A stretch of DNA of 42,455 nucleotides, from positions 1-42,455 of IMG/VR virus record IMGVR_UViG_3300045988_008427; one strand, given 5' to 3'. The position numbers and the translations under genes were made by a program. Shown here piece by piece: positions 9,201-19,176 of this stretch. This DNA comes from a virus. Numbering within the stretch: position 1 is the first letter of the stretch; the number at the start of each line of letters is the position of its first letter. The notes under the pieces were generated by a model that saw only the letters and a list, made by a program, of their open reading frames with translations, made no database searches and was not told where the DNA came from.

Positions 9201-10935
9201 AATCCTTAGTAGACTCTACGATCTTACTGAACTCTTCATTACCTACAAACTTGGGAGGGGTTACACCGTTCTCAATAGCCTGACAAATAGCTAGATTGAT
9301 TTCTGCATCATCATGCCCCAGCTTTCTGAGGTTATTGAAGCTATCTCTATAGCCAGACTCAAAGTTCTCAAAGTCAATCTGAGCGGCTCTTAGCTTCTCC
9401 TCTACAGTCTGCCCTTGGAATCTAGTTGCATAATGAACACCGTTCTCGTCAACATAACCAGAACCTCGGTCTACAAAGACAGACTCACAGAACTTTCTAA
9501 AGTTAGTAGACTCAAGAGCCTGAAAGACACCCTTAGTGGACACAAGGGGAACTCTTCGTTCGATGTTGTCAAGAAGGTTGTTCAAGGACGTAGCTACCTT
9601 AGTGGATCCTCCAATACCATCAAAGACCTCAGAGGGAAGATCCTTACCTGCCTCCTGATATTCCCTGATGATTTTGGCTCTACGAGCAGTATCGCCTACA
9701 TAGTGTCCACCCTTACCTAGACCCTTGAATGCAAACTCAATACCTGCACCAAACATGGCACCAACAAGCATGTCTTCCATGAGGTCATGTTCTGCACCAG
9801 ACACATAGGTATCAATCTGATTAGACACAGCGCCCAAAGCGGCACCTGTGAGCACCCTACCTGCCATACCATACGCACCAAGTGCGGGGACATAAGACAA
9901 AGGATCTACAACAGCGCTACCAATAGAAGAAGTAATCGAAGAGAACCAACCGGCTTTAGCTTCAGCCTGTCTATACTTGATTACTTCATCATTAATCTTA
10001 AGTCTTTCTTCGACATCCTCCATCGAAGTAGCACCATTGAGTACAGCATAGTACCTATCCATGTTGTACCCTACCTTGCCTAGGATTTCCCCCCTTTGTT
10101 CATCTGTAGGGGCAAACTGTTCACCAAAGATGCTCCCGTCAGCAAAGGACATCCTAAGGTATGTAGGGACATAACCGTGCTTCAAGCCACCCGTAAAACC
10201 GACCTGAGGCTCATCCGATGTATCCTGAGAAGGGTCATAGACATAACGATTGTCAGCCCAACGCTTTGAGCGAAAACTGATACCGAGAAGTCTACTCCTA
10301 GTAGTATTGACAAGAGCCGCCCTTACAGCATCCTCATCAATAGGATCCTTGATAAAGGGCTTGATCTCCTTAGATGCCTCAGGCAAATCAAGGTTGGTAA
10401 ATACAGGCTTCCTGTCAATCAAGGAATCCTCAGAAGGAGCCGAGGATTTCTCAATATTCGGATTAACTGTTGGGACATCTTCATCTACCTTCTGTTCCCC
10501 CCACCTGTCATCATCACCGATGGTGTCAATGTAATTCCAAGTTTCCTTAGGAAGCTTTTTATAGTTCCCCTTAAGGTAATTCTTCATTGCGGCAGTGCCA
10601 CCGTTGTACATAGCCAATGCCGCATATTGATTGCCCTTAGCGTACTTAAGGTTATCCTTCATAATACGGCCTGCAAGGTCGATGTTAAAGAAGGGATCCT
10701 TAAGGGTACTAAGGTCGGTCACACCATAAGCATTTGCAGTTTTAGGCATGATCTGACCAACACCCATAGCACCTGCACGAGACACAGCGTTAGGGTTAAA
10801 TCGTGATTCTTGATACAGCTGTCGCCTGAATAGGGTATGGTTCAAACCGTATCTCTCAGCAGTATCCTTAATGATACCATCATAGGGATGCTCCGTATTC
10901 TCGAAGTCACCCCAAGCACTACGTCTAGGATTCAT
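6292..10935 (-). CDS. Internal virion protein, T7 gp16-like, with an N-terminal lytic transglycosylase domain
   Basis: An SLT motif is present: QESRFNPNAVSRAGAMGVGQIMPKTA. The size (1547 aa) and the position after the gp15-like gene also fit. Confidence 0.8.
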   Translation of the reverse strand: MNPRRSAWGDFENTEHPYDGIIKDTAERYGLNHTLFRRQLYQESRFNPNAVSRAGAMGVGQIMPKTANAYGVTDLSTLKDPFFNIDLAGRIMKDNLKYAKGNQYAALAMYNGGTAAMKNYLKGNYKKLPKETWNYIDTIGDDDRWGEQKVDEDVPTVNPNIEKSSAPSEDSLIDRKPVFTNLDLPEASKEIKPFIKDPIDEDAVRAALVNTTRSRLLGISFRSKRWADNRYVYDPSQDTSDEPQVGFTGGLKHGYVPTYLRMSFADGSIFGEQFAPTDEQRGEILGKVGYNMDRYYAVLNGATSMEDVEERLKINDEVIKYRQAEAKAGWFSSITSSIGSAVVDPLSYVPALGAYGMAGRVLTGAALGAVSNQIDTYVSGAEHDLMEDMLVGAMFGAGIEFAFKGLGKGGHYVGDTARRAKIIREYQEAGKDLPSEVFDGIGGSTKVATSLNNLLDNIERRVPLVSTKGVFQALESTNFRKFCESVFVDRGSGYVDENGVHYATRFQGQTVEEKLRAAQIDFENFESGYRDSFNNLRKLGHDDAEINLAICQAIENGVTPPKFVGNEEFSKIVESTKDFLQKTSKTGQRGGYVPRVSDPRKVGDLFDPNLPRGPQVERLVDELSHALVDGALAKPEVRQRILDYYKKNVYDKLKAEREAQIAEQDKKKDIKYQKVAKASNKIISDKAAQASRSIERIQERGDVRGDNLADKYNELEPAYNKAKNKISEDISNDLEKAEADYNNAVKEAKAKSEKKTKELEKEYNKLDKTSDADIDAEINKEIERLRKEAELKKELAKSKAETEGQANAAQKRYDKYVSTTLVERAKKLKENALKAKEAKKEALLEAVEAEEQRLKNTLENKKASYESRVENIQKRESERLKELEKKLVKDRDSIIEKIEAVEKETADKIKAKEREVSEVQRQQHKAQDMVRQEKFEDNLEPLPDEPDWVDVLEWMQKEAREDALGWIDQGTSMGRAIITDGNIANIKYDPEVTRIPWDTSVTTRSGLSIDKMRRDPLEAVRMHHNKVIGDNILLSYGCENLGDFESMLGKMWSEEVNSAVGGRVDAKKFAQAQEQLINMIYNKHHSMSDVNSSWLGAMADVVRNLTFFSKNAMMGMANLFEQGEAIKHYGALHFFKGVPLVRDFFDNWAKNGMTNKELRQAQSLIFGMSVRETGLLRDIATESFEKQLRRFNGDKAKSILVAATDTLAQASPFTKFIQNTENSIVEASQGMFLGELIQYAHNKSISKKGFLNKELMQRNGISQENFDNLLKILKESTTVGKNKEITIDNLDAILSKDPVALATLRRMGDYVAHEVIQKNTLGDTFLWEGAQKNPFMQLLLQFKTFALRSYDKRLKKILGRMAEGDALGQAYSIFLSTALGTLGALTNTLINTTGMNEEQRKEYLKKTLKYDPEEGLTLDTVFQAGVNGVMRSSVFAAPSLALNTLGINTDVKTTTEGFSTQKERDELYGGFDVDKWFRDLAPAYSTIKSFMDIAGYSANVARMTGDENFTDEQLENQKEKAVRAIRNSTNIPFLKWGLYNTLSDKDE

Positions 10936-13085
10936 TAGTCAGTTCCACTATTTAGTTTAGAAAGTCTATCAAAGACAGTTGCGTTCATTTCCTTTTCAAG
11001 TTCCTTAGCCTTTCTTTCAGCGGCCTTGTCAAGGGTACGTTGGATGTCCTCAGTCGTATAAGACTTGACGTAGTTATACGTCCCCCTCTCATACACAACA
11101 AGTCTTCCAAGTTCTTCGTTATAGTCTACGGAGTATTTGGAGTCATCCCCATAGTCAAACTCCTCTCTAAAGAGCTCCTTAGCCATCTTAGGATCAGCAT
11201 TACCGTAAGCTCTAGAGGTGAACACTCTAGCAGGGACACTAGTGCCTAGGAGAGTCACGTACTGATTTCTATAGACATCCTTAGCCAACTCTATGGCTCT
11301 ACTAGGAGTCTCACCAGAGCCTACAAATCTGCAGGCCATGTTATATATGAAGTCTTTACCTGTTTGGTCAATCTCGGTACCAATAACCTTAGAGATCTCA
11401 GTTACACCAGTGTTAACCTTGATTCTAAGACCCTCAATCTTTGCTCTTCCCTTAGGGTCAGCCTTGAGTTTTTCAAAGCCTGCGGTTCTCTTTACTACAT
11501 CTTCCCAAGACCTACCACCTTCCATTAGAAGAATAGCGCCATGGATAGACTCAGTGAAACCCTTGGTACTACCAGTAGCATACAAGAAAGCCTGAGGATC
11601 AGTACGGTACAGCTCAATCATCTGAGTGATCTCCTCAGGAGGCTCCTTAGGAATAGTCTCAGGCTTCATCCCACTATTGAGATAGTCAGCTGTAATGCCA
11701 GTCAGCTTCTCACTAGCCGCTTCAGCCTTGTCCTTGAAATAACGTCTCGCAGGATTGTCCCTAAAGGGAACAGAAGAGTTCTTAGCAATCCCTAGAACAC
11801 CCTCAGTAGTAAGTTCACCGCTCTCAATCATATCGTCAAGGGCAACATTTAGATCGTCTGAAGAGATATCAGAAGAGTCACTACTCTTAAGCTCCTTTCC
11901 GAGTGACGCATCCTTTAGAAACTTCTTAGCGAGGTTTTTCTTGATAAGAGCCTTTTGTTCCTGTTGAGCCTTTACAGCAGTGGATCTCAAGGCACTTCTT
12001 TGGACTTCTCTAGCCCTGTCTACAGCCTTTTCGATGTCCTTTACTCTGTCCGTAAGGATGTTACCATTAGCTTCCAGTTCACTGTCTCTAATGGCCTCAA
12101 GCACAGAAAGCTCACCACTATCTGCTAGATTATCAAGACCATTCTGATAGTTAAGATATGCCTTCGTGTCTCTCTTATACTTATAGTTATAAGCCTTAAT
12201 AAGGGAAGTCTTATAACCGTCTTCGCCGAGGTATTCCCTAAGGGTTACGCCATTAGCAAACGGTAGATCCTTAGAGTCTGCAAGTTGCTGTAGAGTAAAG
12301 AAACCTTCAGGACTGTTCTCAAGAGAACTGATGACACTAGTCCACAGCTTATTTTGATGCTCGGGATCAAGGAACCTACCAACAGTAAGGTCCATCTCAC
12401 TAAGGGCACTGACAAGTGCTACAGCATCACCACCATTCTGGATGATTGCATGAACCTTAGCAGATTCGGTGATGAACATGTCCTGAACGTTAAACTTATG
12501 CTCAACTTCTTTCTGACGCGTCATCATCTTGATGCGTTCTGCAGGGGAGTTCGCAAAGACACCCCTGTTAAAGAACACATCCTCAGAGCTATAACCAAAC
12601 TGTTTGGCTACATCAGACACATTCTCACGCATGAACTTAAAGAACTCAGCGTCAACCTCTTCGGGAGCCTTTCCTTTAAATTCATTAGTGTCTACTCTTC
12701 GCTGGAAGTCCTCAGAGATATACTGAAACAGCATCTGACCATGAGACTCTTTAAGTCTAGCCATTGCAAGAGGGTCATCTTGGAACGGTACAAGACCCTT
12801 GGTCATCTCCTCACGGTACTGCTCAAGAGAATGTGACTTAAGGTAATCATCGGCTAACTTATATGACAACTCCTTCTTAGCTTCAAAACCACCTTTAACA
12901 GCCTTAGCAACGTCCTTAAAGCACTCAAGCCAATTGTCTGCTTCTGGGATAGTTACATTATTTTCGTTAATAGAAATTGTAGCAGGCTTAGCCGTACCTA
13001 GTTTATCCAAAGCAGAGTTGAAATATCTCCATTGTCCCCACTGATTGGCAATTGAAGAATTACCGTCTGAATTTTTATAAGCCAT
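10935..13085 (-). CDS. Internal virion protein, T7 gp15-position
   Basis: 716 aa. It is syntenic between the gp14-like and gp16-like genes and has TAATG start/stop coupling at both ends. Confidence 0.6.
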   Translation of the reverse strand: MAYKNSDGNSSIANQWGQWRYFNSALDKLGTAKPATISINENNVTIPEADNWLECFKDVAKAVKGGFEAKKELSYKLADDYLKSHSLEQYREEMTKGLVPFQDDPLAMARLKESHGQMLFQYISEDFQRRVDTNEFKGKAPEEVDAEFFKFMRENVSDVAKQFGYSSEDVFFNRGVFANSPAERIKMMTRQKEVEHKFNVQDMFITESAKVHAIIQNGGDAVALVSALSEMDLTVGRFLDPEHQNKLWTSVISSLENSPEGFFTLQQLADSKDLPFANGVTLREYLGEDGYKTSLIKAYNYKYKRDTKAYLNYQNGLDNLADSGELSVLEAIRDSELEANGNILTDRVKDIEKAVDRAREVQRSALRSTAVKAQQEQKALIKKNLAKKFLKDASLGKELKSSDSSDISSDDLNVALDDMIESGELTTEGVLGIAKNSSVPFRDNPARRYFKDKAEAASEKLTGITADYLNSGMKPETIPKEPPEEITQMIELYRTDPQAFLYATGSTKGFTESIHGAILLMEGGRSWEDVVKRTAGFEKLKADPKGRAKIEGLRIKVNTGVTEISKVIGTEIDQTGKDFIYNMACRFVGSGETPSRAIELAKDVYRNQYVTLLGTSVPARVFTSRAYGNADPKMAKELFREEFDYGDDSKYSVDYNEELGRLVVYERGTYNYVKSYTTEDIQRTLDKAAERKAKELEKEMNATVFDRLSKLNSGTD

Positions 13086-13981
13086 TAGTAAAAGTAACCT
13101 CCTCGTTCTCTAGGGGTAATGTTAGAGTTGTAATAGTTAGCCCATTGCTGTACAAAGTCAACATAGGGCTTATACTGTTGGTAATTAGCCATTACGTTAC
13201 CAAGTAAGCTACCACCAGTATTGGACGCAATAGACGCACTAGAGGATGCTCCGCTCATACCCGTAGATGCAAGCAGACCTCCTCCTCCAAGGGCCGCCAA
13301 CGATCCAGTAGATGCACCTGCGGCCCCTGCACCAGTAACCGTAGGAGCGGCACTACTGATAGCATCAACACCAATATTAGCCGCTAACATACCGCCCGTT
13401 TGACCACCTGCGGCACCCCCAAGAGCACCACCAACGGCACTACCAATACCTGCAGTAGCGGCACCCATAGCGGCACCAGTGATCGCACCGTTAAGGAACT
13501 GTTGGAAAGCCCTAGAGCCTCCAATAAGGTTATTGTTAAGGTTATCCCTAGCTTGCTCAACGGATGCCTTAGTCTGGATGTAAAGGGCGTCCTTCTGGAA
13601 CCTTACATTCCACACATCATTGAGGTAGGCTTCTTTAGTTGCCGTCTCTTGTCTCAGAGTCTGCCCTCTAACTGTCTGCTTAATCTTATCTTGAGATCTA
13701 CCGTCAAGACCTGTCTCAGCAATAGCCGCCTCAATCTGTGAGTTGTTCTGATAGGCATTAAGAGACAAAGAAAACAACTCCCCTAGGGCAGAGTCGTACA
13801 TGGACCTTTCTTGCCTGTCAAGTGATGCCTGATTGTAGTTATAGTTTAGTTGCAAGTAGTGCATCTGCTTCTTGAAGGCTTTCACCATACTACGGTTCTG
13901 CTTAGAGATACCGTGTAGAGAACTGCCACCACCAACTACTGCACCAACAGCGGCACCAACACCGATTACGACACCACTCAT
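13085..13981 (-). CDS. Internal virion protein, T7 gp14-position (Gly/Ala-rich, hydrophobic N-terminus)
   Basis: Called from synteny and composition only. Confidence 0.5.
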   Translation of the reverse strand: MSGVVIGVGAAVGAVVGGGSSLHGISKQNRSMVKAFKKQMHYLQLNYNYNQASLDRQERSMYDSALGELFSLSLNAYQNNSQIEAAIAETGLDGRSQDKIKQTVRGQTLRQETATKEAYLNDVWNVRFQKDALYIQTKASVEQARDNLNNNLIGGSRAFQQFLNGAITGAAMGAATAGIGSAVGGALGGAAGGQTGGMLAANIGVDAISSAAPTVTGAGAAGASTGSLAALGGGGLLASTGMSGASSSASIASNTGGSLLGNVMANYQQYKPYVDFVQQWANYYNSNITPRERGGYFY

Positions 13982-14406
13982 TCTTTAATCAATTCCTTTC
14001 TATTAGTTGTTAATAGCATCCACTCTGGAGTAAACTCTTTCTCACATTCCCTTAGGTCAACATTATCAGTTCTAAAGCACATCGTAATGTGCGTGTCTTC
14101 AAGTGCCCTAAAGGCTTGCCTACGACCACTCTCAGCCTTAATGACGTTGTAACCCTTAAGCCTCCCTACAGTATTCCCTAGGGTAACATAACAATCCCCA
14201 CTAACAATTACAGTAGTAGGGATCTGGATGAAAGCTCCAATAATAGCTACATCCTTAGGGATAAAACAGGTTCTGTAATACACCCCTTCATAAACAAAGT
14301 GGTCAATGGGGATCTCAACCTCATTACAGACACAACTCTCCATAGCATGGATTGCAATGTCGCAAAGCAAATTGTTCTGCTCAGGAGTTAAGGGTTTCAA
14401 CTTCAT
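13978..14406 (-). CDS. Hypothetical protein in the T7 gp13 position
   Basis: ATG-started ORF of 142 aa, overlap-coupled to both neighbours. Confidence 0.5.
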   Translation of the reverse strand: MKLKPLTPEQNNLLCDIAIHAMESCVCNEVEIPIDHFVYEGVYYRTCFIPKDVAIIGAFIQIPTTVIVSGDCYVTLGNTVGRLKGYNVIKAESGRRQAFRALEDTHITMCFRTDNVDLRECEKEFTPEWMLLTTNRKELIKE

Positions 14407-16895
14407 ACGCTACTATTCCTTCTAATGTAAAGACCTTCCCAACCACCAGAAATAAGGTTAACAGGTTGGACGTTATCGGAGCATACAGTAATGACTACTT
14501 CATCATTATTGTCTTGGATCGGGAACTTAAACTTACCCGTGTAAACCTTGTTAGCACCCAAGATAGTCGGGGATTCGCCAAGGTTCCTGCCAGTAAACCT
14601 ATACTTAAAGTGCTTATCCTTAAGGTCGTTATTGACCTTACATTCAAATACACCAGAGTTACTATAGTTAAACCAGAAGTACCTAAGCTGTAGTCTACCT
14701 TCAATCTCGGAGATAACACCGCCAGTATCCGTATTCCTCTTAATGGCCTGCTTAGAGAGAGTTACACAGAATTTGTAGGTAAGACCCACAAACACCTCAA
14801 CACCCCTCATGTCCCCTTGGAGTCTAAAGACACCATTGGAATCCCAGTCGGCAACCTCAGTAACGTAACCGTCTTTAGTGACAATGAAATACTTATGATC
14901 CTTAGTAGACGGGATAGCACCGTAGATGTCCTTAAGAGATACCTCAGTGTAATCCTCATAGTCACTGTACTTGTTTGACTGAGGAATCGTGTATTTCTTC
15001 TTACGGTCCATAAAGAGCCTAGTGGGCTCATCAGAGAAGTCAACGGCATTACCTGTCAGCAAGGCTTTCTCTAGATAAAGACCATTCGGAGAGTTGATGA
15101 GAAGATAAATCTCTGAGTCAACAAACTCCGCTAGGAGAACCTCAGAATTCTTGTTTGCAAATTCCCACTTGAACCAAGCCTGTTGCTCACTAGTGGCGTT
15201 AACAAGAATAAACTTATAACAATATACGGTATTGGGAGTAGTAGAAGAGATAGCCGTAACTACATTCTCCGTGGTGTTCCCAGAGAGTCTTGTGATGCCC
15301 TTAGGGATGTACGTAGGCACATGTGCGGCTACGTCTTCAGCATCCTTTAGGTCAGCTACGTCCTGCAAGGAGTAGTAGCGCATCAGGGAGCAGTAGTTTA
15401 CTCGATCATTTACAAAGAAGATCGAAGGACCAATAGAGATAGGTTGGACGTTCGTATCGTAGTCAAAGTTAGTGATTTGGTCACATTTGACACTCTTAGG
15501 AGTCATGACGCCATCACTAGACAAGACAAACTGACCTTCGCGGGAGAACAACATAAGCTCTCTAGCAAAGGGAACAGCATGAGTCAGGATGGCAACCTTA
15601 TTCGAGGAGACAGAAACGTCAATAGGGTCAGTGTCCGCAATAGCCGCAGAGGACTTAAACCAGAAATTAAAGAAGTCATTGGTTGCACTAAGGATAATGG
15701 ACTCATCCGAGATTACCCCTAGGCGATTACGGTAGAAGAAGATGTCATTGATCTTCCTACCAATAAACGAAGGATCAGGGTTAGTGTCTTCATTACCTGC
15801 ACCTCTATCAACCCACGGGAGCTTCTTAAGAAGAAAACTTCCATCCTCCTGCCTAACAATAGCATGAGGCATATTCTTAGGGTTAATCTTAGTGGGAATC
15901 TTAGGTGCTACAGTTTCCTTCCACACCTTATGTTTGTCATCCCACTTTACATAGAAGTCATCATCTTCGGAATTCTTTTCCCCAGACACCTGCATGATGT
16001 AACCATCAGGTGCAATCGGAGGGAGCTTATTAACAGCTGTAACCTTACCAATGTAGGCAATAGCGTTCTGGTTACCAAAGCCGTCCTTAACGAGGACATT
16101 GGGAGGATCCCAACCAGACTTAGACTGAATCGTAATAACAGAGTCACCTACTAGGCCTACGTTATAGGAGCTCATGCTTCCACTAGACCTAGAGTAACCC
16201 ATAGACGATCTACCACCCACCTGATTCAAAAGGTCATCATAGGTGCCGCCAACGTCAGGATCATCACCATCAGGTTTCTTACCGGTCTTAAGGAGGGAAT
16301 ACAATGCTCTTGCAATAAAGGCAGTAGTAGTCTGAACAGCTTGCTTAGCTTCACCACCATCAGGGGTAATAACGCCACACATATACTTACCTTCGACATA
16401 AATGGCGTAAGTCTTAGCATACTGAGCATTCTTGATGTACACTAGAGCAGTATCCTTTTTACCCGCTGGGGAGTCACCCTCTACAGCGTCTACCTCCTTC
16501 TCAGTGTTCAAGACAAAGGTGTAGTCAGCAACAGTAACTGCCTTTAGTTTGCCCCTAGGGTCACTAGTGGTGATGTACTTTTTGGACTCGTCATCTTCAA
16601 ACTTGCAAGTCTTAGGCACACCATTAAGATCAAAAATCTGGTATTCCCCAGACCCCATCTGGAGAATGTACTTTTCCTGTTCGTCTCTATTGATTACATG
16701 ATACTTCTTCTTTGTAGCATCAACACGGTCGGACAAGCGTTTGACTGCAAGAGTCGGAGGTCTCTTTTGGAGACCCTCAACTTCATTAGGGAACCCGTTG
16801 ATAAGCTCAGTTACCTGATCGGGGAATCTGATGATGTCAGGTTGTTGAGAGACACCACCTTTGAATGAATGGATGCTTTGAGATACTAGAGGCAT
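14403..16895 (-). CDS. Tail tubular protein B, T7 gp12-like
   Basis: The N-terminus MPLVSQSIHSFKGGVSQQPDIIRFPDQ...EGLQKRPP closely parallels T7 gp12 (MALISQSIKNLKGGISQQPDILRYPDQ...EGLQKRPP). Confidence 0.9.
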   Translation of the reverse strand: MPLVSQSIHSFKGGVSQQPDIIRFPDQVTELINGFPNEVEGLQKRPPTLAVKRLSDRVDATKKKYHVINRDEQEKYILQMGSGEYQIFDLNGVPKTCKFEDDESKKYITTSDPRGKLKAVTVADYTFVLNTEKEVDAVEGDSPAGKKDTALVYIKNAQYAKTYAIYVEGKYMCGVITPDGGEAKQAVQTTTAFIARALYSLLKTGKKPDGDDPDVGGTYDDLLNQVGGRSSMGYSRSSGSMSSYNVGLVGDSVITIQSKSGWDPPNVLVKDGFGNQNAIAYIGKVTAVNKLPPIAPDGYIMQVSGEKNSEDDDFYVKWDDKHKVWKETVAPKIPTKINPKNMPHAIVRQEDGSFLLKKLPWVDRGAGNEDTNPDPSFIGRKINDIFFYRNRLGVISDESIILSATNDFFNFWFKSSAAIADTDPIDVSVSSNKVAILTHAVPFARELMLFSREGQFVLSSDGVMTPKSVKCDQITNFDYDTNVQPISIGPSIFFVNDRVNYCSLMRYYSLQDVADLKDAEDVAAHVPTYIPKGITRLSGNTTENVVTAISSTTPNTVYCYKFILVNATSEQQAWFKWEFANKNSEVLLAEFVDSEIYLLINSPNGLYLEKALLTGNAVDFSDEPTRLFMDRKKKYTIPQSNKYSDYEDYTEVSLKDIYGAIPSTKDHKYFIVTKDGYVTEVADWDSNGVFRLQGDMRGVEVFVGLTYKFCVTLSKQAIKRNTDTGGVISEIEGRLQLRYFWFNYSNSGVFECKVNNDLKDKHFKYRFTGRNLGESPTILGANKVYTGKFKFPIQDNNDEVVITVCSDNVQPVNLISGGWEGLYIRRNSSV

Positions 16896-16897
16896 GT

Positions 16898-17473
16898 TTA
16901 GCTCCTCTGAATCTGTTGGCTAATGAACTGGTCACCATTGAGGATGTTGTAATTACCATCCGTAAGTTCATAGTCTACAATGTCTGCATAAGCCGCACTC
17001 TCTTCCAATTGAAGATGTGCATCAATATCAGCAGAGGTAAGGTACCTCATCTGAAATACTCTACTGGCTCTAACAGTAATATACTTTCTGAAGACCTGAG
17101 GAAGCTCCTCAAAAGGGAGCTCCCTGACAAGTTCATCCAGAGTAATGCCTTCAGGGAACTCTAGAGCCCCTGAATCAAGATCATAAAAATAGCCTTCTCT
17201 GCTTACGAACTTATAGCTAGTAGAGACAGCCCTAAGGAAGTCTCTACCGTAAGCAACTTTGTTAGTAAAAGAGTCAGGCTTCAAGGTAACACTGGTGAGA
17301 GTGTTAAAGCTGTAACCCCTAGACTGGATCTCTTGACTGACAGCCTTAAGGATTCTTACAGCATTCAGAACATCCACATTAGCATCATCCTCAAGAGAAT
17401 TAACAGGACTAGAGCCTACGGATGACAAAATTTCATTCACTGCATCAAGTTCAGTGCTAGGAGTGACAATCAT
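16898..17473 (-). CDS. Tail tubular protein A, T7 gp11-like
   Basis: ELDAVNEILSSVGSSPVNSLEDDANVDVLNAVRILKAVSQEIQSRGYSFN parallels the T7 gp11 N-terminal region. Confidence 0.9.
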   Translation of the reverse strand: MIVTPSTELDAVNEILSSVGSSPVNSLEDDANVDVLNAVRILKAVSQEIQSRGYSFNTLTSVTLKPDSFTNKVAYGRDFLRAVSTSYKFVSREGYFYDLDSGALEFPEGITLDELVRELPFEELPQVFRKYITVRASRVFQMRYLTSADIDAHLQLEESAAYADIVDYELTDGNYNILNGDQFISQQIQRS

Positions 17474-17646
17474 TATTCTTCCTTGTTGTTATTCTTTTCG
17501 ACGGTTCTTCGAGGCTTAACAGGCTTTGCAGTTGCACTAAGGAGACCCAGTTCCTGAGCCTCCTCGGGGGTAAGCTGGTACCCCCACTTGTGCACCTGAC
17601 AGAAGTAAGTAGTCTCGTAAGCCTTCTTTACTTCTTCAATGGTCAT
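17473..17646 (-). CDS. Small hypothetical protein (57 aa) between the capsid and tail tube A genes
   Basis: Hand translation gives MTIEEVKKAYETTYFCQVHKWGYQLTPEEAQELGLLSATAKPVKPRRTVEKNNNKEE. The ATG lies 3 nt after the capsid stop, and its own stop overlaps the next ATG. Confidence 0.45.
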   Translation of the reverse strand: MTIEEVKKAYETTYFCQVHKWGYQLTPEEAQELGLLSATAKPVKPRRTVEKNNNKEE

Positions 17647-17649
17647 CTA

Positions 17650-18498
17650 TTATTCTTCCTGAGCGGCCTTAACAAAGATACCAACGGCTTCAGGACGAAG
17701 ACCACCGTGTCCCATCGCGTACTTCGCAATGATCTGGTCAGCCTGATATTCAGCACGGCGAGCACGTTCCATAGCAAGATCCTTCAGCTTAACCGTACCA
17801 ACAGCGGAGCGGTGGAACACGATACCCTGAAGACCCGCAGTCTTGATCTTAGCGTTGAGAGCATGCTTGCCATCAATACCGTCATTCAGGAGGTGCGGAA
17901 CTTCAATGACTTCAAAGCCGCAAATCGTCTGGAGCTTACCCGTGTTCGGGTCAAAGAGAGCGTGGTAGTTAGCGGCATCGGGCATGAGAGCCTTCATCAC
18001 AGCAGAGTAACCTTCAGGCGTGAGAAGGCAATAGCGGTCACCCTGCGGGACATAGTTCTTCGTCATCTGAGCACGAGCCGCAAGGAGACCCTCAAGGATC
18101 TTATTGCCATACGTAGCTTCCTGCGTAACATCAAGACCCGTAACGAATTCAAAGGCCTTACCCGTACCGAGAACCTTGTCAGCGCCCGTACCATTGTCGG
18201 GAATATTACCATCCTTGAACGTAGCGTCCTTAGCGGCCTCATTGGCAAGCTCATTGATAATAGCACAGTCAGCGCCCATAGCGAGAGCTTCACCAAGCTG
18301 ACGGGAATACTCAACTCGAACGTCATAATGGTTCATCGCATCGTCGATATCCGTGATAAGGCAGTCAGCCGTAAGGAGACCGTCAATGGCGATGACACGT
18401 TCATTGTGTTCCATCTTCTTACGCTGGTCATCAAGGGAGTTACCCGGAGCAAGATACTTAGCACGGGTACGACCCATCACAGCGAACGAGGCACTCTT
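17650..18498 (-). CDS. Major capsid protein, T7 gp10-like, exon 2 (282 codons)
   Basis: KSASFAVMGRTRAKYLAPGNSLDDQRKKMEHNERVIAIDGLLTAD...DDAMNHYDVRVEYS...HRSAVGTVKLKDLAMERARRAEYQADQIIAKYAMGHGGLRPEA parallels T7 gp10A from about residue 56 to the C-terminus. The GTG start at 18516 given by the ORF track lies inside the intron. Confidence 0.85.
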   Translation of the reverse strand, partial: KSASFAVMGRTRAKYLAPGNSLDDQRKKMEHNERVIAIDGLLTADCLITDIDDAMNHYDVRVEYSRQLGEALAMGADCAIINELANEAAKDATFKDGNIPDNGTGADKVLGTGKAFEFVTGLDVTQEATYGNKILEGLLAARAQMTKNYVPQGDRYCLLTPEGYSAVMKALMPDAANYHALFDPNTGKLQTICGFEVIEVPHLLNDGIDGKHALNAKIKTAGLQGIVFHRSAVGTVKLKDLAMERARRAEYQADQIIAKYAMGHGGLRPEAVGIFVKAAQEE

Positions 18499-19176
18499 CA
18501 ATGCCTCACGTTTCACATAGACGTTACTCTATGCTCCAAATAGGATGCTGTGGAATCCTATTCAGCATACGGTTTCCCGTATGTTCAGACTATATCTTAA
18601 CAATTGTTCCCATGCCCTTCCAAATATCGGATAGCACTTTCTAATCTATAAGGAGAGTCCTTAAGAAGACCTATTGCAGTATTACACTGCATGCAAAGAA
18701 TTCCTCGTAGTTTACCTGTCTTGTGGTCGTGGTCTGCCGCAGGTTTTGTATAGCGTGAACTGCCAAGCTCACACCCACAAATAGCACATTTACCGCCTTG
18801 CAAGATCCAAGCCCTTTCGTAGGCTTCAGAAGACCATCCAGTAGCATTAAGACGGATCTTAGCTTTCACACATTCTTTACACGAGTTTCGAATACTAATG
18901 TATTCTTCACCATTCTTTTGCTTGTCCTTGCGAATATAGAAGTCATCTACGGGTTTCTTCTGTCCGCAAGTAGCACAAATCTTCCAGCCTCTTTCGAGAG
19001 CTTCTTTAATATTTTTACGCAATTGTTGTTCCCATTTCGAGTACCACTTGGTACCCTACGTTATAAAACTAGTCGTTGAACCTTCCCTTCTTTCGATAGG
19101 GCTTGGCTTCTGATTGGCGTAGGAATTACCCCTTAGCTTTCCAGAAGTTAAAGAACTTTAGGCACAGCAAGACTTA
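18499..19176 (-). mobile_element. Group I intron (678 nt) in the major capsid gene, carrying a homing endonuclease ORF
   Basis: The 5' exon ends in U and the intron ends in G. P1 pairs exon CACGGU with intron GCUGUG (19163..19168). P10 pairs UCUU with exon-2 AAGA. Core elements are P CUUCUGGAAAG (19137..19147), Q AAUCAGAAGC (19106..19115), R GUUCAACGACUAG (19069..19081) and S AAGAUAUAGUC (18588..18598). P/Q (CUUCUG/CAGAAG) and R/S (GACUA/UAGUC) are complementary. Confidence 0.8.
18597..19022 (-). CDS. Intron-encoded HNH / endonuclease VII family homing endonuclease (141 aa)
   Basis: CAICGCEL...ADHDHKTGKLRGILCMQCNTAIGLL is the Endonuclease_7-type signature, and an N-terminal CxxC...CxxC pair is present. 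There is no in-frame ATG, so the only candidate start is TTG at 19022. The stop codon overlaps intron element S. AAA and AAG Lys codons are about equal, unlike the capsid exons. Confidence 0.75.
   Translation of the reverse strand: MRKNIKEALERGWKICATCGQKKPVDDFYIRKDKQKNGEEYISIRNSCKECVKAKIRLNATGWSSEAYERAWILQGGKCAICGCELGSSRYTKPAADHDHKTGKLRGILCMQCNTAIGLLKDSPYRLESAIRYLEGHGNNC

Noticed and set aside
17590-18543. A 317-aa plus-strand ORF
   Set aside because: It lies exactly antisense to capsid exon 2, which has unmistakable gp10 similarity. It is a shadow ORF produced because the sense frame rarely uses TTA, CTA or TCA codons.
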